DNA of 64,000 nt from an uncultured Gammaproteobacteria bacterium. Its GTDB lineage: Bacteria > Patescibacteriota > Patescibacteriia > Veblenbacterales > UBA10138. Every line of letters begins with the position of its first letter. Position 1 is the first letter of the stretch. Both the position numbers and the translations under genes were made by a program. The notes beneath the pieces were generated by a model. It was not told the origin of the DNA, did no database searches, and worked only from the letters and a program-made list of their open reading frames with translations. Where the stretch lies: positions 740,095-804,094 of the forward strand of contig CAYVOI010000001.1 in assembly GCA_964453605.1 (NCBI GenBank). The letters are read 5' to 3'. Below, piece after piece: positions 47,544 to 59,000 of this stretch.

Positions 47544-47987
47544 TTAGTGCTTCTTAACTAGCCCACCCTGGAGCGGCGCAAAGGGGTCGATGTTGTGGGT
47601 GGTGCCAGGCTTCAGGGGGAGCGTACCATCGTCTTGGAGCACGGGGGAAACCACACGGTCGAACAACCCTGGTTCGGCGAGCAGGCTCGGGTCAGGTAGC
47701 TCCAAGCGCGCATCCAAACCGCCACCAAAACGAGCCGCCGTGGTGAGCTTAGGTAACGACGAGAACGACAGACCAATATTGGCTGCCACCAGGTACACGC
47801 CAACCCCCACCGCCACGGCAAGCAGGGACAAGAGCACGGCGAGCTTGGTACGACTGAGCTTACGTGGTACGAGCATACCTAGCAGAGCAACTTCGCTCGA
47901 CCACAGGGCGGCGAGCGGGTTGCTGATTACGCTTACGTTTAGCCAAACTATAGGACATAGTACGTATACAAAGGGGGGTCGAGTCAA
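47544..47987 (-). CDS. Hypothetical single-TM protein in the pilus locus
   Basis: ORF with one TM helix. Confidence 0.4.
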   Translation of the reverse strand: MTRPPFVYVLCPIVWLNVSVISNPLAALWSSEVALLGMLVPRKLSRTKLAVLLSLLAVAVGVGVYLVAANIGLSFSSLPKLTTAARFGGGLDARLELPDPSLLAEPGLFDRVVSPVLQDDGTLPLKPGTTHNIDPFAPLQGGLVKKH

Positions 47988-48016
47988 GCCGCAGCGAAGT
48001 TGTCATGCTAGGCATA

Positions 48017-48613
48017 CTAGTGAGTGTAGAAGTAGCTGGTAAGTTCTACGGCATAGTTGCCGTCGCGGCCAAAGGTTAAGCTCTTCAGCGCTACCAGCCG
48101 CCAGGCTGAGGTGGTCTGGCGCAGGAAATCCCTAAGGCGGCTGTAGGTACCACCCGTTAGTGAGAGGTTTACCTTCAGCTGGTGGATACCCGAATCAGTG
48201 AGAGTACTGGCCGTGGTGGTGCTCCGGCTTGAGCCACTGCCCTCCTGGGTCACGCTCAAACCTTGAAGCTGGAGCCGGCTATGGGTGGCGAGAGCGTCGA
48301 GCTCAGTGAGCAAGTTCGGCAAGTCGCTGTAGGAAGGGAGAATGAGGTTAATGGCGTCGCCCTCATTGTTCTGGGCCCAGGCCTGAGCTTTAGCTTGGAG
48401 TGCCTCAAAGCGAGCGTGCGTGCGGCTGAGCTGAGCTGCCAGCTCGACCGCTTGGTTGTTCTCCCTCACATCGCGGTAGAGGGGCCTAAGCCAGAGCCAG
48501 CTACCGCCGCCCACCACCAGCACCACGACTGCCACCGCCCACCAGGTAAAGTAGCGCGCCAGCTGCAGCTGCCACCAGACTATGAACTTTTTAGACTTCG
48601 GAGAAGTGGCCAT
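48017..48613 (-). CDS. pilO: PilO-like pilus assembly protein
   Basis: N-terminal TM helix plus coiled coil. Position downstream of pilN. Confidence 0.5.
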   Translation of the reverse strand: MATSPKSKKFIVWWQLQLARYFTWWAVAVVVLVVGGGSWLWLRPLYRDVRENNQAVELAAQLSRTHARFEALQAKAQAWAQNNEGDAINLILPSYSDLPNLLTELDALATHSRLQLQGLSVTQEGSGSSRSTTTASTLTDSGIHQLKVNLSLTGGTYSRLRDFLRQTTSAWRLVALKSLTFGRDGNYAVELTSYFYTH

Positions 48614-48628
48614 AGGGGGTCACGAGGG

Positions 48629-49627
48629 TTACTGACCAGCCGCCGACTGGGGGGCCTGCGCCCAGCTAGGCGCCAGCTTGAGCTGAAAGGTAGACTGTAC
48701 GAGCGGTGCTGCCTGGTCGCTGGCGGTGCCCACCGCAATGCTCCCTAAGCTCACCGTACTAAAGGTACCGGGGGCAGACTCAAACACCCGGAGCTGGCGC
48801 GCCAGGTCTGACACCGAGGTTGCCTCAACCGCTAAGATGAGGTCACCCTCCGAGGTGAGTGAAGCTGAACTGTAGCTCACCGTGGTAAGCGTTAGGTCCT
48901 GCAGGCGGTCAAACAGCTGGTCCCAATCGGGCCGAGCTTTGAGCAGTTCCTCGATGGCGAACACCTTGGCGCTGGTGGCCTGCAGTACCTTCAGGGCGGG
49001 GCGGAACCGGTCAATGTCTTGGGCGAGCGTAGTAGCTTCTTGGTGTAGCACCACCACCTTGCGCTCGCGCTGTACGGTTATAGTTTTCAGAATACCGTAG
49101 CCAATACCAACCAGCAGGCACGATACCAGGAGCACCAGCCCGAGGCGGGCGGTGTAGCCTTCGTCTACATGTACCGGCCGGTCCTCAGCCGGCAGCAGGT
49201 TCACATCCAGCACTACACCTAAGGGCACATCGGGCTCATCGGCACTGGGCGCTAAAACTTCGGGCTGTACGTTGGTTCGGCTGGTAGCTGGTGGTGCTGG
49301 CGGTGCCGCCTGCTTAGTTGTTTGAGGTGGCAGCGTCTCAGAGGCTCGAGCCTTAGCCGGGGCACGGGCAGGAGGTGGCACCACCGAGGGTGGTGGCGCC
49401 GGAGGGGCTGGCGGCTTCATGAACCAATCGGTAATGCGCTGCCACCAGCCAGACGCCGGCCCCTCAGACAAGGCCTGCAGGCGCTCCTCCAGCTGCGAAC
49501 TACTCGGCCGAGGTGGCGGCGTTTGCGCCCTGGTGTAGCGCGGCGGCGGCTGGGTGGCTCGACCACCTGTTTGTTCCTGCCGCTCAGCGGCGCGTAGCTC
49601 TTCGGGGAGAAGGTTAATATCAGACAT
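48629..49627 (-). CDS. pilN: PilN-like pilus assembly protein with a long Pro-rich linker
   Basis: Hallmark N-terminus MSDINLLPEE. TM helix after the Pro-rich region. Confidence 0.6.
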   Translation of the reverse strand: MSDINLLPEELRAAERQEQTGGRATQPPPRYTRAQTPPPRPSSSQLEERLQALSEGPASGWWQRITDWFMKPPAPPAPPPSVVPPPARAPAKARASETLPPQTTKQAAPPAPPATSRTNVQPEVLAPSADEPDVPLGVVLDVNLLPAEDRPVHVDEGYTARLGLVLLVSCLLVGIGYGILKTITVQRERKVVVLHQEATTLAQDIDRFRPALKVLQATSAKVFAIEELLKARPDWDQLFDRLQDLTLTTVSYSSASLTSEGDLILAVEATSVSDLARQLRVFESAPGTFSTVSLGSIAVGTASDQAAPLVQSTFQLKLAPSWAQAPQSAAGQ

Positions 49628-49632
49628 ACAGC

Positions 49633-50688
49633 TTAGGTATGAATTTCCCTGAGCGCTAGGCCAATCGCGGTGGCAAAGCGCGGGCCTATCTCTTCCAGTA
49701 CGCCCTTGAGGTCAACCGGGTAGGACACCTGGGCCCAGGGGTCGCCGATCACCACCTTGAGTTGAAACACCTGCTCGAGGTACTGCGTGAACTGCGGCAA
49801 GAAGGCCGAACCGCCGGTCAGGACCAGCTTTTCGATCGGCTTAGAACCTTCAGCTTGGTAGAGCGAAATGGCGTACTTAATTTCATTTACAATGGGCCCC
49901 AAGGTTTGCTCAATAATCTTCGGCACCCCGCTGGCCCCGCCCTGCAAGCTCAGCCCCACGTCGCGCTTAAACTGCTCGGCTCGACGGTAATCAATCTGCA
50001 GGTTCTGCGCGATCGCCTTGCTAACGGTAACCCCGCCGACGTCGATGCTACGGTTGAGGAGTGGAATGTGGTCCTGCACCACGGCCACGTCGGTGGTGAG
50101 GGCGCCCACGTCAACCAGCACGGCCACGGAAGGCTCCAGCCCTAAGAGCGCGCGGCCCAGGGCAAAGGCTTCCGTCTCGAGGGAGAGAATTTCGAGCTTG
50201 GCGAGGCGGAAAATGTCGAGGTACTGCTTGACCAGGTTCTTCGGGGCCGCGGTCAGGAGCACGCGCATAGTCTTGTCGCGGCGGGCCGGTTGCGCCTGGG
50301 GTGGGCTCGGCAGCACTTTCCAATCGAGGATCATCTCATCAACTGGCAGGGGCACAATTTTCTTGGCCTCGTAGGTCAGGGCTTGGCCGACCTCGTGCTC
50401 GTTCATCACCGGCAAGGTCAGGAGCGAGCTAAAAACCGAGAAGGTGGGCAGCGCAGCTACAACCTTGCGCGAGGTGATGCGCGCCTTGGTACAAATGTCG
50501 CTCAAGGCCTGCGCGGTGCGCTCCAGCTTCTCGTGGGCGTTAAACTTTACGTCCTCCGGCGGGAGCTCGGCAAAGCCGTAGGTGAGGAGGCGTGCTTGAC
50601 CGCCTACGTTGGCCAGTTCCACCAGCTTAATGCTGCCGGTACCAAGGTCGCAGCCTACGTAGGAGTGTTTTTTAGCAAAGAGGTCCAT
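49633..50688 (-). CDS. pilM: Type IV pilus assembly protein PilM (actin-like ATPase fold)
   Basis: YVGCDLGTGSIKLVELA and other ASKHA-fold motifs. 351 aa. Confidence 0.85.
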   Translation of the reverse strand: MDLFAKKHSYVGCDLGTGSIKLVELANVGGQARLLTYGFAELPPEDVKFNAHEKLERTAQALSDICTKARITSRKVVAALPTFSVFSSLLTLPVMNEHEVGQALTYEAKKIVPLPVDEMILDWKVLPSPPQAQPARRDKTMRVLLTAAPKNLVKQYLDIFRLAKLEILSLETEAFALGRALLGLEPSVAVLVDVGALTTDVAVVQDHIPLLNRSIDVGGVTVSKAIAQNLQIDYRRAEQFKRDVGLSLQGGASGVPKIIEQTLGPIVNEIKYAISLYQAEGSKPIEKLVLTGGSAFLPQFTQYLEQVFQLKVVIGDPWAQVSYPVDLKGVLEEIGPRFATAIGLALREIHT

Positions 50689-50776
50689 GGGTCTTACGGT
50701 GTGAGCATTGGTGTTGGCATGTTACGCTCCAAGTATACCAGAAAGCGCGGTCAACCGGCAGCTTACGGCAGGGCCG

Positions 50777-52780
50777 CTAGCGGCGCACAAACGTCGGCAA
50801 ACCCTTAGCAAAGTCGGCCATGCCCGGAGAGGGGTTAAGCTGTAGGCGGCCATCGGCCACAAACTGCTCGGCCGGCTCCTTGGTACGCACGTTAATGTAG
50901 GTACGGTCGAGCTTGAACTGGCGGGCAAAAACTGACCCCGAAACCTGCAGCGGCAGCGTGCTACAGGCAGTGCCACCGCTAGTGTCGTAGCAGCTCTTGA
51001 ACTTACCAAACCCGTCGTACAGGTCGCCGTTCGGGTCGTGAGCCACGTACTTCGGCTTGCACACCGCGCAGGTACCCGTACCGTTGGCCGACAAGCACTG
51101 GGCGTCCGAGCTGCACGTGGTGTCTGCTTTCTGGGGGTCCTGGCTCAGGCAGTACTTCTGGGTGTAGGCCGGCGCACAGCTGGCGTCGTCGGTGCAGGCC
51201 ACACCGCCCGCGCTGTGGTCGCACACCTGCTGCGGTGCCTCCCGGCGCCCCAGCACAATAAAGCTGCCAGCCAGCTGGCTTACCGTTGGTAGTACACGCA
51301 CATCCCCTAACACAATCCACGTTACCGAGGCCAGCTGCCGGCTCGAGCTCACGGCTGCACTCGTGTCGTAGCTTATGTTGTTGCTCACGAGCAAGTTGCC
51401 ACGCACAACGATGGTGCCGGCGGCGCTGGTGGTGTCGCTGCTGTTCTTAAAGGTAACGCTGCCGGCCGAAACCGACGCAGTGTCAAACACCTGCTGGCCA
51501 GAGTAGCTGGGGTCGGTTTCAGCCACAACTGGCGGCACAATAACCTTGCCCCCCAGGGGCTGGCTAAAGAGAAACGAGAGGTCACTCGCAGCAGGGTACA
51601 CCACGGGGAAGGTGTAGGTATCGGTGAGCACGGTCTTAGTGGCACAATCAGTGGCCGTGTGACCAGCCGCCACATTGCTGCACAGCGGCAGGGGTAAGCC
51701 CGAGCTGCTGCTGGCACAGGTACAGTTCGCCGGCGTGTACAGCCCACGGAAATCAAAACGGCCTAAGCGGAAACTGTAGGGGTCGGTAAGGCCAGGGGCG
51801 TTGGTCGCGGGCACCAGCAGTGCTAGGCTCGGTGTTTTACACTGTGGGTTAGCGGAGCTGGTATCGGTGCACTGGCTTATGAAGTTAGTGAAATTGCCGG
51901 TACCACCAATTTGCACCAGGTACTGCGCGTTGTACTGCGAAGCGGGTGGCGAAAAGGTGGTCCTGATACCTCGACCACTGTAAATGTCACCACCAAAACC
52001 CTGCAGGTAGGGGAACAGCACTTCATTATTAGCGTTACAATATATAGGATCATTAATACAAATCCACCCGGCGCCATAGGCCGTTGGCGTAGCCGCACTG
52101 CTATCACCGCCGGTCTGCTGCCACGCCCAACCTTTGAGGAACGTCGCCCGATGTTCCACGTCCGGCACGTCAGCTGTGGGCGCAGCCGGGCAATCCACGT
52201 ACGCCCCGGTGGTCGTATTAAAGCACTGGTTGAACTTTACCTGGGTCGCATAAGTTGGGCCGGTGAGTGCAATCCACCCCCCCGCGCCCTGGTTCACCAC
52301 CCGCGCCCAGCCCGTCAGCGCCCCCGTGAAGGCGGTCTCACAGTCCACCACGGTTGCCGGCGTAGCACTGTTGTAGCAGGTGAAGTTCGCCGCCAGGCTC
52401 GGGTTACCTGGGTTACCACTCGGCACCGCCAAGCTGCCGCCGCAGGTGGTGCCAAAACAGATCCAACCCAAACTACTTGACCAGGCGTAGCCAATCATGG
52501 TGCCGTGCTTTTTGTCAGGTGTTTGGTTTATGTCGAGCTTTAAGCCGTACGACACGCACGAACCGGGGTTCGTTGTGCAGCTAGGGTCATTGAGCGCGTT
52601 CAAGGACACCCAGCCCGTGTTGCCGCTCCAGGCCCACCCCCCAATGTTGTAGACCGTGGTAGTGCCGGCGGCCTGCGCCGTGGGCAGTTCAAAGTACCAG
52701 CTGGCAGCCAGCGCCCCAACCACAAAAACCCCTGAAATAGCAATACTTCCAAGATAGTGCCAGCGCACAATTCTTGTCAT
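50777..52780 (-). CDS. Hypothetical secreted Cys-rich protein (667 aa)
   Basis: N-terminal signal/anchor, many Cys pairs, G/T/S-rich. Confidence 0.55.
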   Translation of the reverse strand: MTRIVRWHYLGSIAISGVFVVGALAASWYFELPTAQAAGTTTVYNIGGWAWSGNTGWVSLNALNDPSCTTNPGSCVSYGLKLDINQTPDKKHGTMIGYAWSSSLGWICFGTTCGGSLAVPSGNPGNPSLAANFTCYNSATPATVVDCETAFTGALTGWARVVNQGAGGWIALTGPTYATQVKFNQCFNTTTGAYVDCPAAPTADVPDVEHRATFLKGWAWQQTGGDSSAATPTAYGAGWICINDPIYCNANNEVLFPYLQGFGGDIYSGRGIRTTFSPPASQYNAQYLVQIGGTGNFTNFISQCTDTSSANPQCKTPSLALLVPATNAPGLTDPYSFRLGRFDFRGLYTPANCTCASSSSGLPLPLCSNVAAGHTATDCATKTVLTDTYTFPVVYPAASDLSFLFSQPLGGKVIVPPVVAETDPSYSGQQVFDTASVSAGSVTFKNSSDTTSAAGTIVVRGNLLVSNNISYDTSAAVSSSRQLASVTWIVLGDVRVLPTVSQLAGSFIVLGRREAPQQVCDHSAGGVACTDDASCAPAYTQKYCLSQDPQKADTTCSSDAQCLSANGTGTCAVCKPKYVAHDPNGDLYDGFGKFKSCYDTSGGTACSTLPLQVSGSVFARQFKLDRTYINVRTKEPAEQFVADGRLQLNPSPGMADFAKGLPTFVRR

Positions 52781-53000
52781 AGCATACTAAATTATAGCAC
52801 ATTTTTACCCTCTTGGCAATAGCAAAATAATACGTTCTACACTTTGATACCTATTTTTAATTACGACGTAACTTATCAACAACTAAATGTGAACAAACTG
52901 TGGGCAAGAGCTTTGACACCCGGACGCTGGTAGATTAAGGTAGAGCCACAATCAGCGTCGGTGCAACCGTAGTGAGCCTTACCTCTTAACCGAAGTAAGT

Positions 53001-56000
53001 ATGCAGCACTCCCCGTTCACCCCTACCCAACTGGTCTTCTCTCGCAAGCTAACAGCGCTGCTGTTAGCTTTTTTGTTTTTGCTGCCACCGCTCGCGCCTG
53101 TGCTGGCGGCCTCGGCGGATCAGGTGGCCGGAGACTCGAGCAGCTCAACTACCAAGGTAGTCCCGCTCGCCGCCCCGAGCGATGCCACACCAACAGCTAC
53201 CACCACCCCGTCTACGACTACTGACTCAGGCACCTCGGCGGCTGCGGTAACCCCGCCCGCGTCCCCTACCGACACCGCCTCAGCTTCACCCACGGACCAA
53301 ACCAGCACGAAGTCCCCGACTACCAATTCAACTACCGCGCCAGCAACGTCGTCCACCAGCACCAGCGACTCCACGAGCACACCTCAAAGTGCAGCACCAA
53401 TCGCTAAGGCGACCTTGCCGCAAGCTGACCCTGCCACCGGCGCGCTGGTCTACAGCTACCCCTTCACGCTGCCGCCGGGCCGCAGCGGCTTGCAGCCTGA
53501 CCTGAAACTTCAGTACAACAGTCAGCAGCTCGACGACCAGAACGTGGTCGGCTATGGCTGGAGCCTGAGCGTGCCCTATATTGAACGCCTCAACAAACAC
53601 GGCAGCGACAAAATTTACACCAGCACCGATTTCAGCTCGTCGCTCTCGGGCGAACTGGTGAACGTCAGCGGCAACCAGTACGCGGCTAAGGTAGAAAGCG
53701 GTGACTTTTTGAGCTATACCTACGACGGCGCCTCGTGGCAAGTTAAGGACAAGCGAGGCACGCTCTACCTTTTCGGCCAGAGCACACTGTCGCGGCAGAA
53801 CGATACCACGGGCACCCAAACGTACCGGTGGCTGCTGTCACAGGTGGTTGATACGAACAACAACTCCGTAACGTACGAATACCTCAAAGACAGCGGCCAA
53901 ATGTACCCGAGCAAAGTGAGCTACACTGGCCAGGGCGCTGACCTCGGTATATTCAGCGTAAACCTGACCTATGAAACCAGGCCTGATGCTGCAACCAGCT
54001 ACCGCAGTGGCTTTCAAGTTATAACCGCCAAACGCCTAAGCCTAGTAGAAGCTAAAGTTTCGGGCACACTCGTACACCGCTGGAGCTTGAATTACACCTC
54101 CGGCGCGAACGGCCAACGCTCACTCCTGAATTCAATCACGGAAACCGGATTTGATTCCACCGGAGTCGCAACCAGCCTACCGCCGATGCAATTTACCTAC
54201 AGCACCGCGAGCACTACGAATCCCATCTGGCAGGCTGACCCGAGTTGGCAAGTACCCACCGACGTTAACTTCAGTAGGTATGGCAGCCAAAACAACTGGC
54301 GCAGGGTAGATATTAACGGCGACGGTTTGACTGATTTTGTCCAGGCCCAAGGTATAACAAACTACAATACCGGCGTGACTACCTACGTACAGAAAACCTA
54401 CCTAAACACCGGCACAGGCTGGGTTACCTCAAACGCCTGGCAACTACCTCTAGCAGCCATGCAAGCCTGGGGTAGAACCTACCTTATTGACTTAAACGGC
54501 GACAGTAAACTCGACCTATTCATTGGCCGTCAGCCACCCATTGTCGATGCTCAGAGCCAGAATCAAATTTTCATGAACACCGGCAGTGGCTGGCAGCCGA
54601 GCAGTTGGGTAGTTTCCTCCGACCCGATTCTGCCGGGAATCGGTGACACAAGTGGTGATGAAAACCGTAATTCCTACGGCTGGGTACTACTGGATGTAAA
54701 TGGTGATTCACTACCCGACCTTATAGAGGCACTACGCGCATCAGACGGAACTAGCACAATTACCCGCCGTGCCCTAATCAACACTGGCAACGGTTGGGTA
54801 GAAGACGCCACGAATTTCCAAACTCCTCCGGATATTGATCTTGGTATTTATAACCCCAGCGCAGGTGGCTCTCAAGTAGTAACTATTGATCTCAACAACG
54901 ACGGGCTAGTTGACCTATTCGATTTTGATAAACGAGTTGCCTTCATTAACACTGGCAAGGGCTGGCAGCAAACCACAGCTTTCGCTATACCTGTTGATCC
55001 TGGTTTACTTGCCTACTATAAAGCGTGCAATCCTCAGGCGACCTCCACTGGCACACAAGGCCTACGTTTGATTGATGTCAACAATGATGGAATCGCAGAT
55101 CTAGAGCGAAGTGGTCAGTATGAAATTACCAACTGCCCCTCCCCCACCTATCAATCACTCTACCGTGGTAGCGCCACTGATTGGCTGGGCCCGCCTGGCA
55201 ATGCCCAACTCCCAGCTGATGTACTGTTCTACGCCAACGAACAGCAGCCTGAGCAAAAAGTGTTTGCCTTCAAATTTGTTGACATTGACGGCGACGGCAG
55301 CGTCGACATCCTGACTGCTCTTACCAAACCATTAACCTCAGAAACGCTTAGAGAAGTACGGCGTTACCAAGGTGCGAAACCAGATGTACTATCAAGAATC
55401 ACCTACCCCACCGGCGGTAGTACGAGCGTAACCTACAAAGCCTCCGACCAGTACAAAGACCAGAACGGTAACCTGCTTAACCCCAACCTGCCTCAAAACC
55501 TCCAAACCGTGGCGAGCCTCGCTACCTCCGACGGCGCAGGGCTTACACAAAACGTTAGCTACACCTACGCTGGCGGGTTGTACGCCTACCAGAGCGCCAC
55601 GGACCGCAAGTTCGCAGGGTTTGCTAAGGTCACATCAACCGACTCAGCCGGCACCACCACTACCACCTTCTACCACCAGGGCAACAGCACCAACAGCGCC
55701 CAGGGCGAGTACAACGACACCTTTGCCAAAATCGGGCACTCGTACCGCACGGAGGTTGGGGATAGTGCTGGTAACCTCGTCAACGCCAGCATAACGAAGT
55801 GGGACAGTGTTGACCTGGGCCAGGGCCGCAGCTTTGTTAAGCCCACCCAAACCCTTAACTTTACCTACGATGGTAACACTACCCACCGCGATACAGCCGT
55901 AACCACCACCTATGACGATACCAATGGCAACGTAACTCAGGTGACACAGTGGGGCGAGGTGCAAGCCACCGATAGCGGCACATTTACCGATGTAGGCAAC

Positions 56001-59000
56001 GACAAGCTCGTCACCACGACCACCTACGCTACCGGCAGTGGCTACGGGGTCACGGGTTTACCAGCCAGCCAAGTAACGAACGACCAAGCGAGTACCAAAG
56101 TAAAAGAGGCTCGGCTCTACTACGACACGCTGGCCCTAGGGAGTGTAGGCAAAGGTAATATAACCAAGCAAGAGCAGTGGGTTGCAGGCACCACCTACGT
56201 CAACACGCAAAAAACCTACAACCCCTACGGCTTAGTAACGCAAGAACTCGACCCACGGGGCAAAGCCAGCACGTATGTGTACGACAGCTACAACCTGTAC
56301 CCCAGCACAGTTACCAACGCCCTGAACCAGACCACGCAGTACCAGTACGACTACTCAGCCGGCAAACCTACACAGGTCACCGATGCTAATGGCTACGTGT
56401 ATCAAACCGTGTACGACGGACTGGACCGGGTAGTCGGGGAAAAGCAGCCCGACCTCACCACACCCGCCACCCTGGTCAGCAAAACCGCCTACGTCTACAC
56501 CGATACACCGGGTAGCGTTAGCGTAAAAAAGACCAGCTACCTCGACAGCGCCACCGGTGTTGACGCCTACACCTACTTCGATGGGTTAGGCCGCCCCGTG
56601 CAAACCCGGACCGAGGCTGAAACTGCCGGCCAGTTTAATGCAGCCGACACAGTGTACGACGCTCGTGGCCTCACCCAAAAGCAGTCCCTGCCTTACGCCT
56701 CATCTGGCTCCGCCAAAACTGCTCCGACCGGAGCGTCGGAGCTCTACACTACCTTTACCTACGACGCCACAGGTCGGCCACTCACGGCTGTAAACTCCAT
56801 TGGCACCACAACCTCTGCCTACGACGATTGGAAAACGACGGTCACTGACGCGCGCGGCAACACTACCAGCCGCACGCAAGACGCCTACGGAAACTTAAGT
56901 TACGTTACTGAGCCGGGCGGCGGCACCACCACCTACACCTACAACGACGCTGGCAACCTAACTGGCATGGCCGACGCGGCCGGCAACGTGCGCAGCTTTA
57001 CCTACGACGGCCTAGGGCAAAGGCTGACGGCGCAAGACCTGCACGCTCCAGCCGACACCACCTTCGGCGCCTGGGCCTACACCTATGACGCCGCTGGCAA
57101 CCTCACCCAGAAGCTTGATCCCAAAGGCCAAACCATAAACTACACGTACGATGACCTCAACCGTCCACTGACAGAAGATTACACTGGAGCTCCTGGCACT
57201 GAGGTTGCCTACACTTACGACGCCTGCCAGAACGGCAAGGGTCGCTTGTGCAGTGTAGCAAGTGCCGCACTAACCACCACTGAGCAGTACGACGCGCTGA
57301 GGAACACTGCCCGAGAAATTAAAACCATAAACAGCAGCGCCTACCAAACCGATTACACTTATGACCGAGCCGGCAACATGCTCACTATAACTAACCCCGA
57401 CAGCTCCAAGGTGCAGTACACCTACAACACCTCTGGTCAGCTCGAAAGTGTAAGCCGTAAAGAAGCCGCCGATGCCGGGTTCGCGAGCGTAGTAACCAAT
57501 TTTGACTACGGCCCCACCGGCAGCATTGTAACTCAGGCCAACGCCAATGGCACCACGACCACCAATACCTACGATGCAGCCAAGCTCTACCGCCTAGCGA
57601 GGAAGCTCACCGTAAATAGCGGCGGCACAAAATTGCAGGACATAAACTACACCTACGATGCTGTGGGCAACATCACCCAAACTGTTAATGCCTCGCAGAC
57701 TAATGCAGCCAAAACCACTGTTTACACCTACGACGCGCTGAATCGGCTACTCACTACCACTGCCACCGGCGCTGCCAACGGCCAAAACTACAGCCAAAAC
57801 TTTACCTACGACGCCATTGGCAACATGCTAACTGGTCCAGCCGGTACTTACACCTACGCTGGCACCGGTTACGCCAACCCACATGCGGTAACCAGTCTTG
57901 GTAGCGCAACTTACAGCTACGACCAAAACGGAAACTTAGTGAGCGATGGTGTGAAGACATACACCTGGGACTACGCCAACCGCCTGGTGCGGGTGGACAG
58001 GCCAGGGCCCACGCCTGCACCTGTCACCACCACCTTCTACCCTGCCGCAGGCGACGGCTCCGCGAGCTACCAGGGCGCAAGCTCCTGGGCCACTACGCAT
58101 GATGCGGCAACTGGCACAGCCGCCACCCCTACCGCTACCACCACCAACGTCAGCTCGGGCAGGGGGAGCGGCGGCAAGTACCAAATCGAGCGTAGCTTCC
58201 TGCCGTTTGACACCTCGGCCCTGCCCGACAACGCCACCATAACTGGGGCCAGGCTCAAGGTGTTTGTAGCGAGCAAGCTAAACGACGACAACGACAACTA
58301 CGACTTTGTAACCGTGGTGCAAGGCTTGGAACCAAGCACCCTAAGCCTCACCACCGCCGACTACAGTCTGGCTGGCACCATCAACACACCCGCCGAAAGT
58401 GTCGACGCCGCCGAGCGCAAGGACATTACAAGCGTGGCTACCGGCGCCTACCTTACATTCAATGTAAACAACACCGGCTTGGGGTTGGTGTCAAAAACCG
58501 GACCCACCAAGCTCGCCCTGCGGGAGGGCCACGACGTGTTAAACATCCCCTTTGCCCCCTCGGTCGCCACGCAGACGCAAGCAGCTAGCAGTATCAAGCT
58601 GGCGGCGGTTACTGGCGGTGGGGGCAGCACGAGCGGGTACAACCAACTACAGATTCGCACCAGCGAGTACACCGGCACCACCACTGACCCTATCTTAGAG
58701 GTGACGTACCAGTTGCCAGCGCCAATCGTCAGTTCAACCTACGCCTATGACGCTTCGGGTCAGCGTGTTACAGTAACTAGTGGAGGAGTAACTACAGTGT
58801 ACCCAAGCAAAACGTACAATACGGACGGCACTAAAAAAACCAAGCACATTTTTGCTGGTGACACCATGGCTGCGACTATTGAAACCACCGGCACTACGAC
58901 TACACCACACTTTATTGCCACTGATAATCTATCTGGTTCCAACGTGGTGACTAGCTCCACCGGCACTCAAGAGGAACTGACCGACTACTATCCCTTTGGT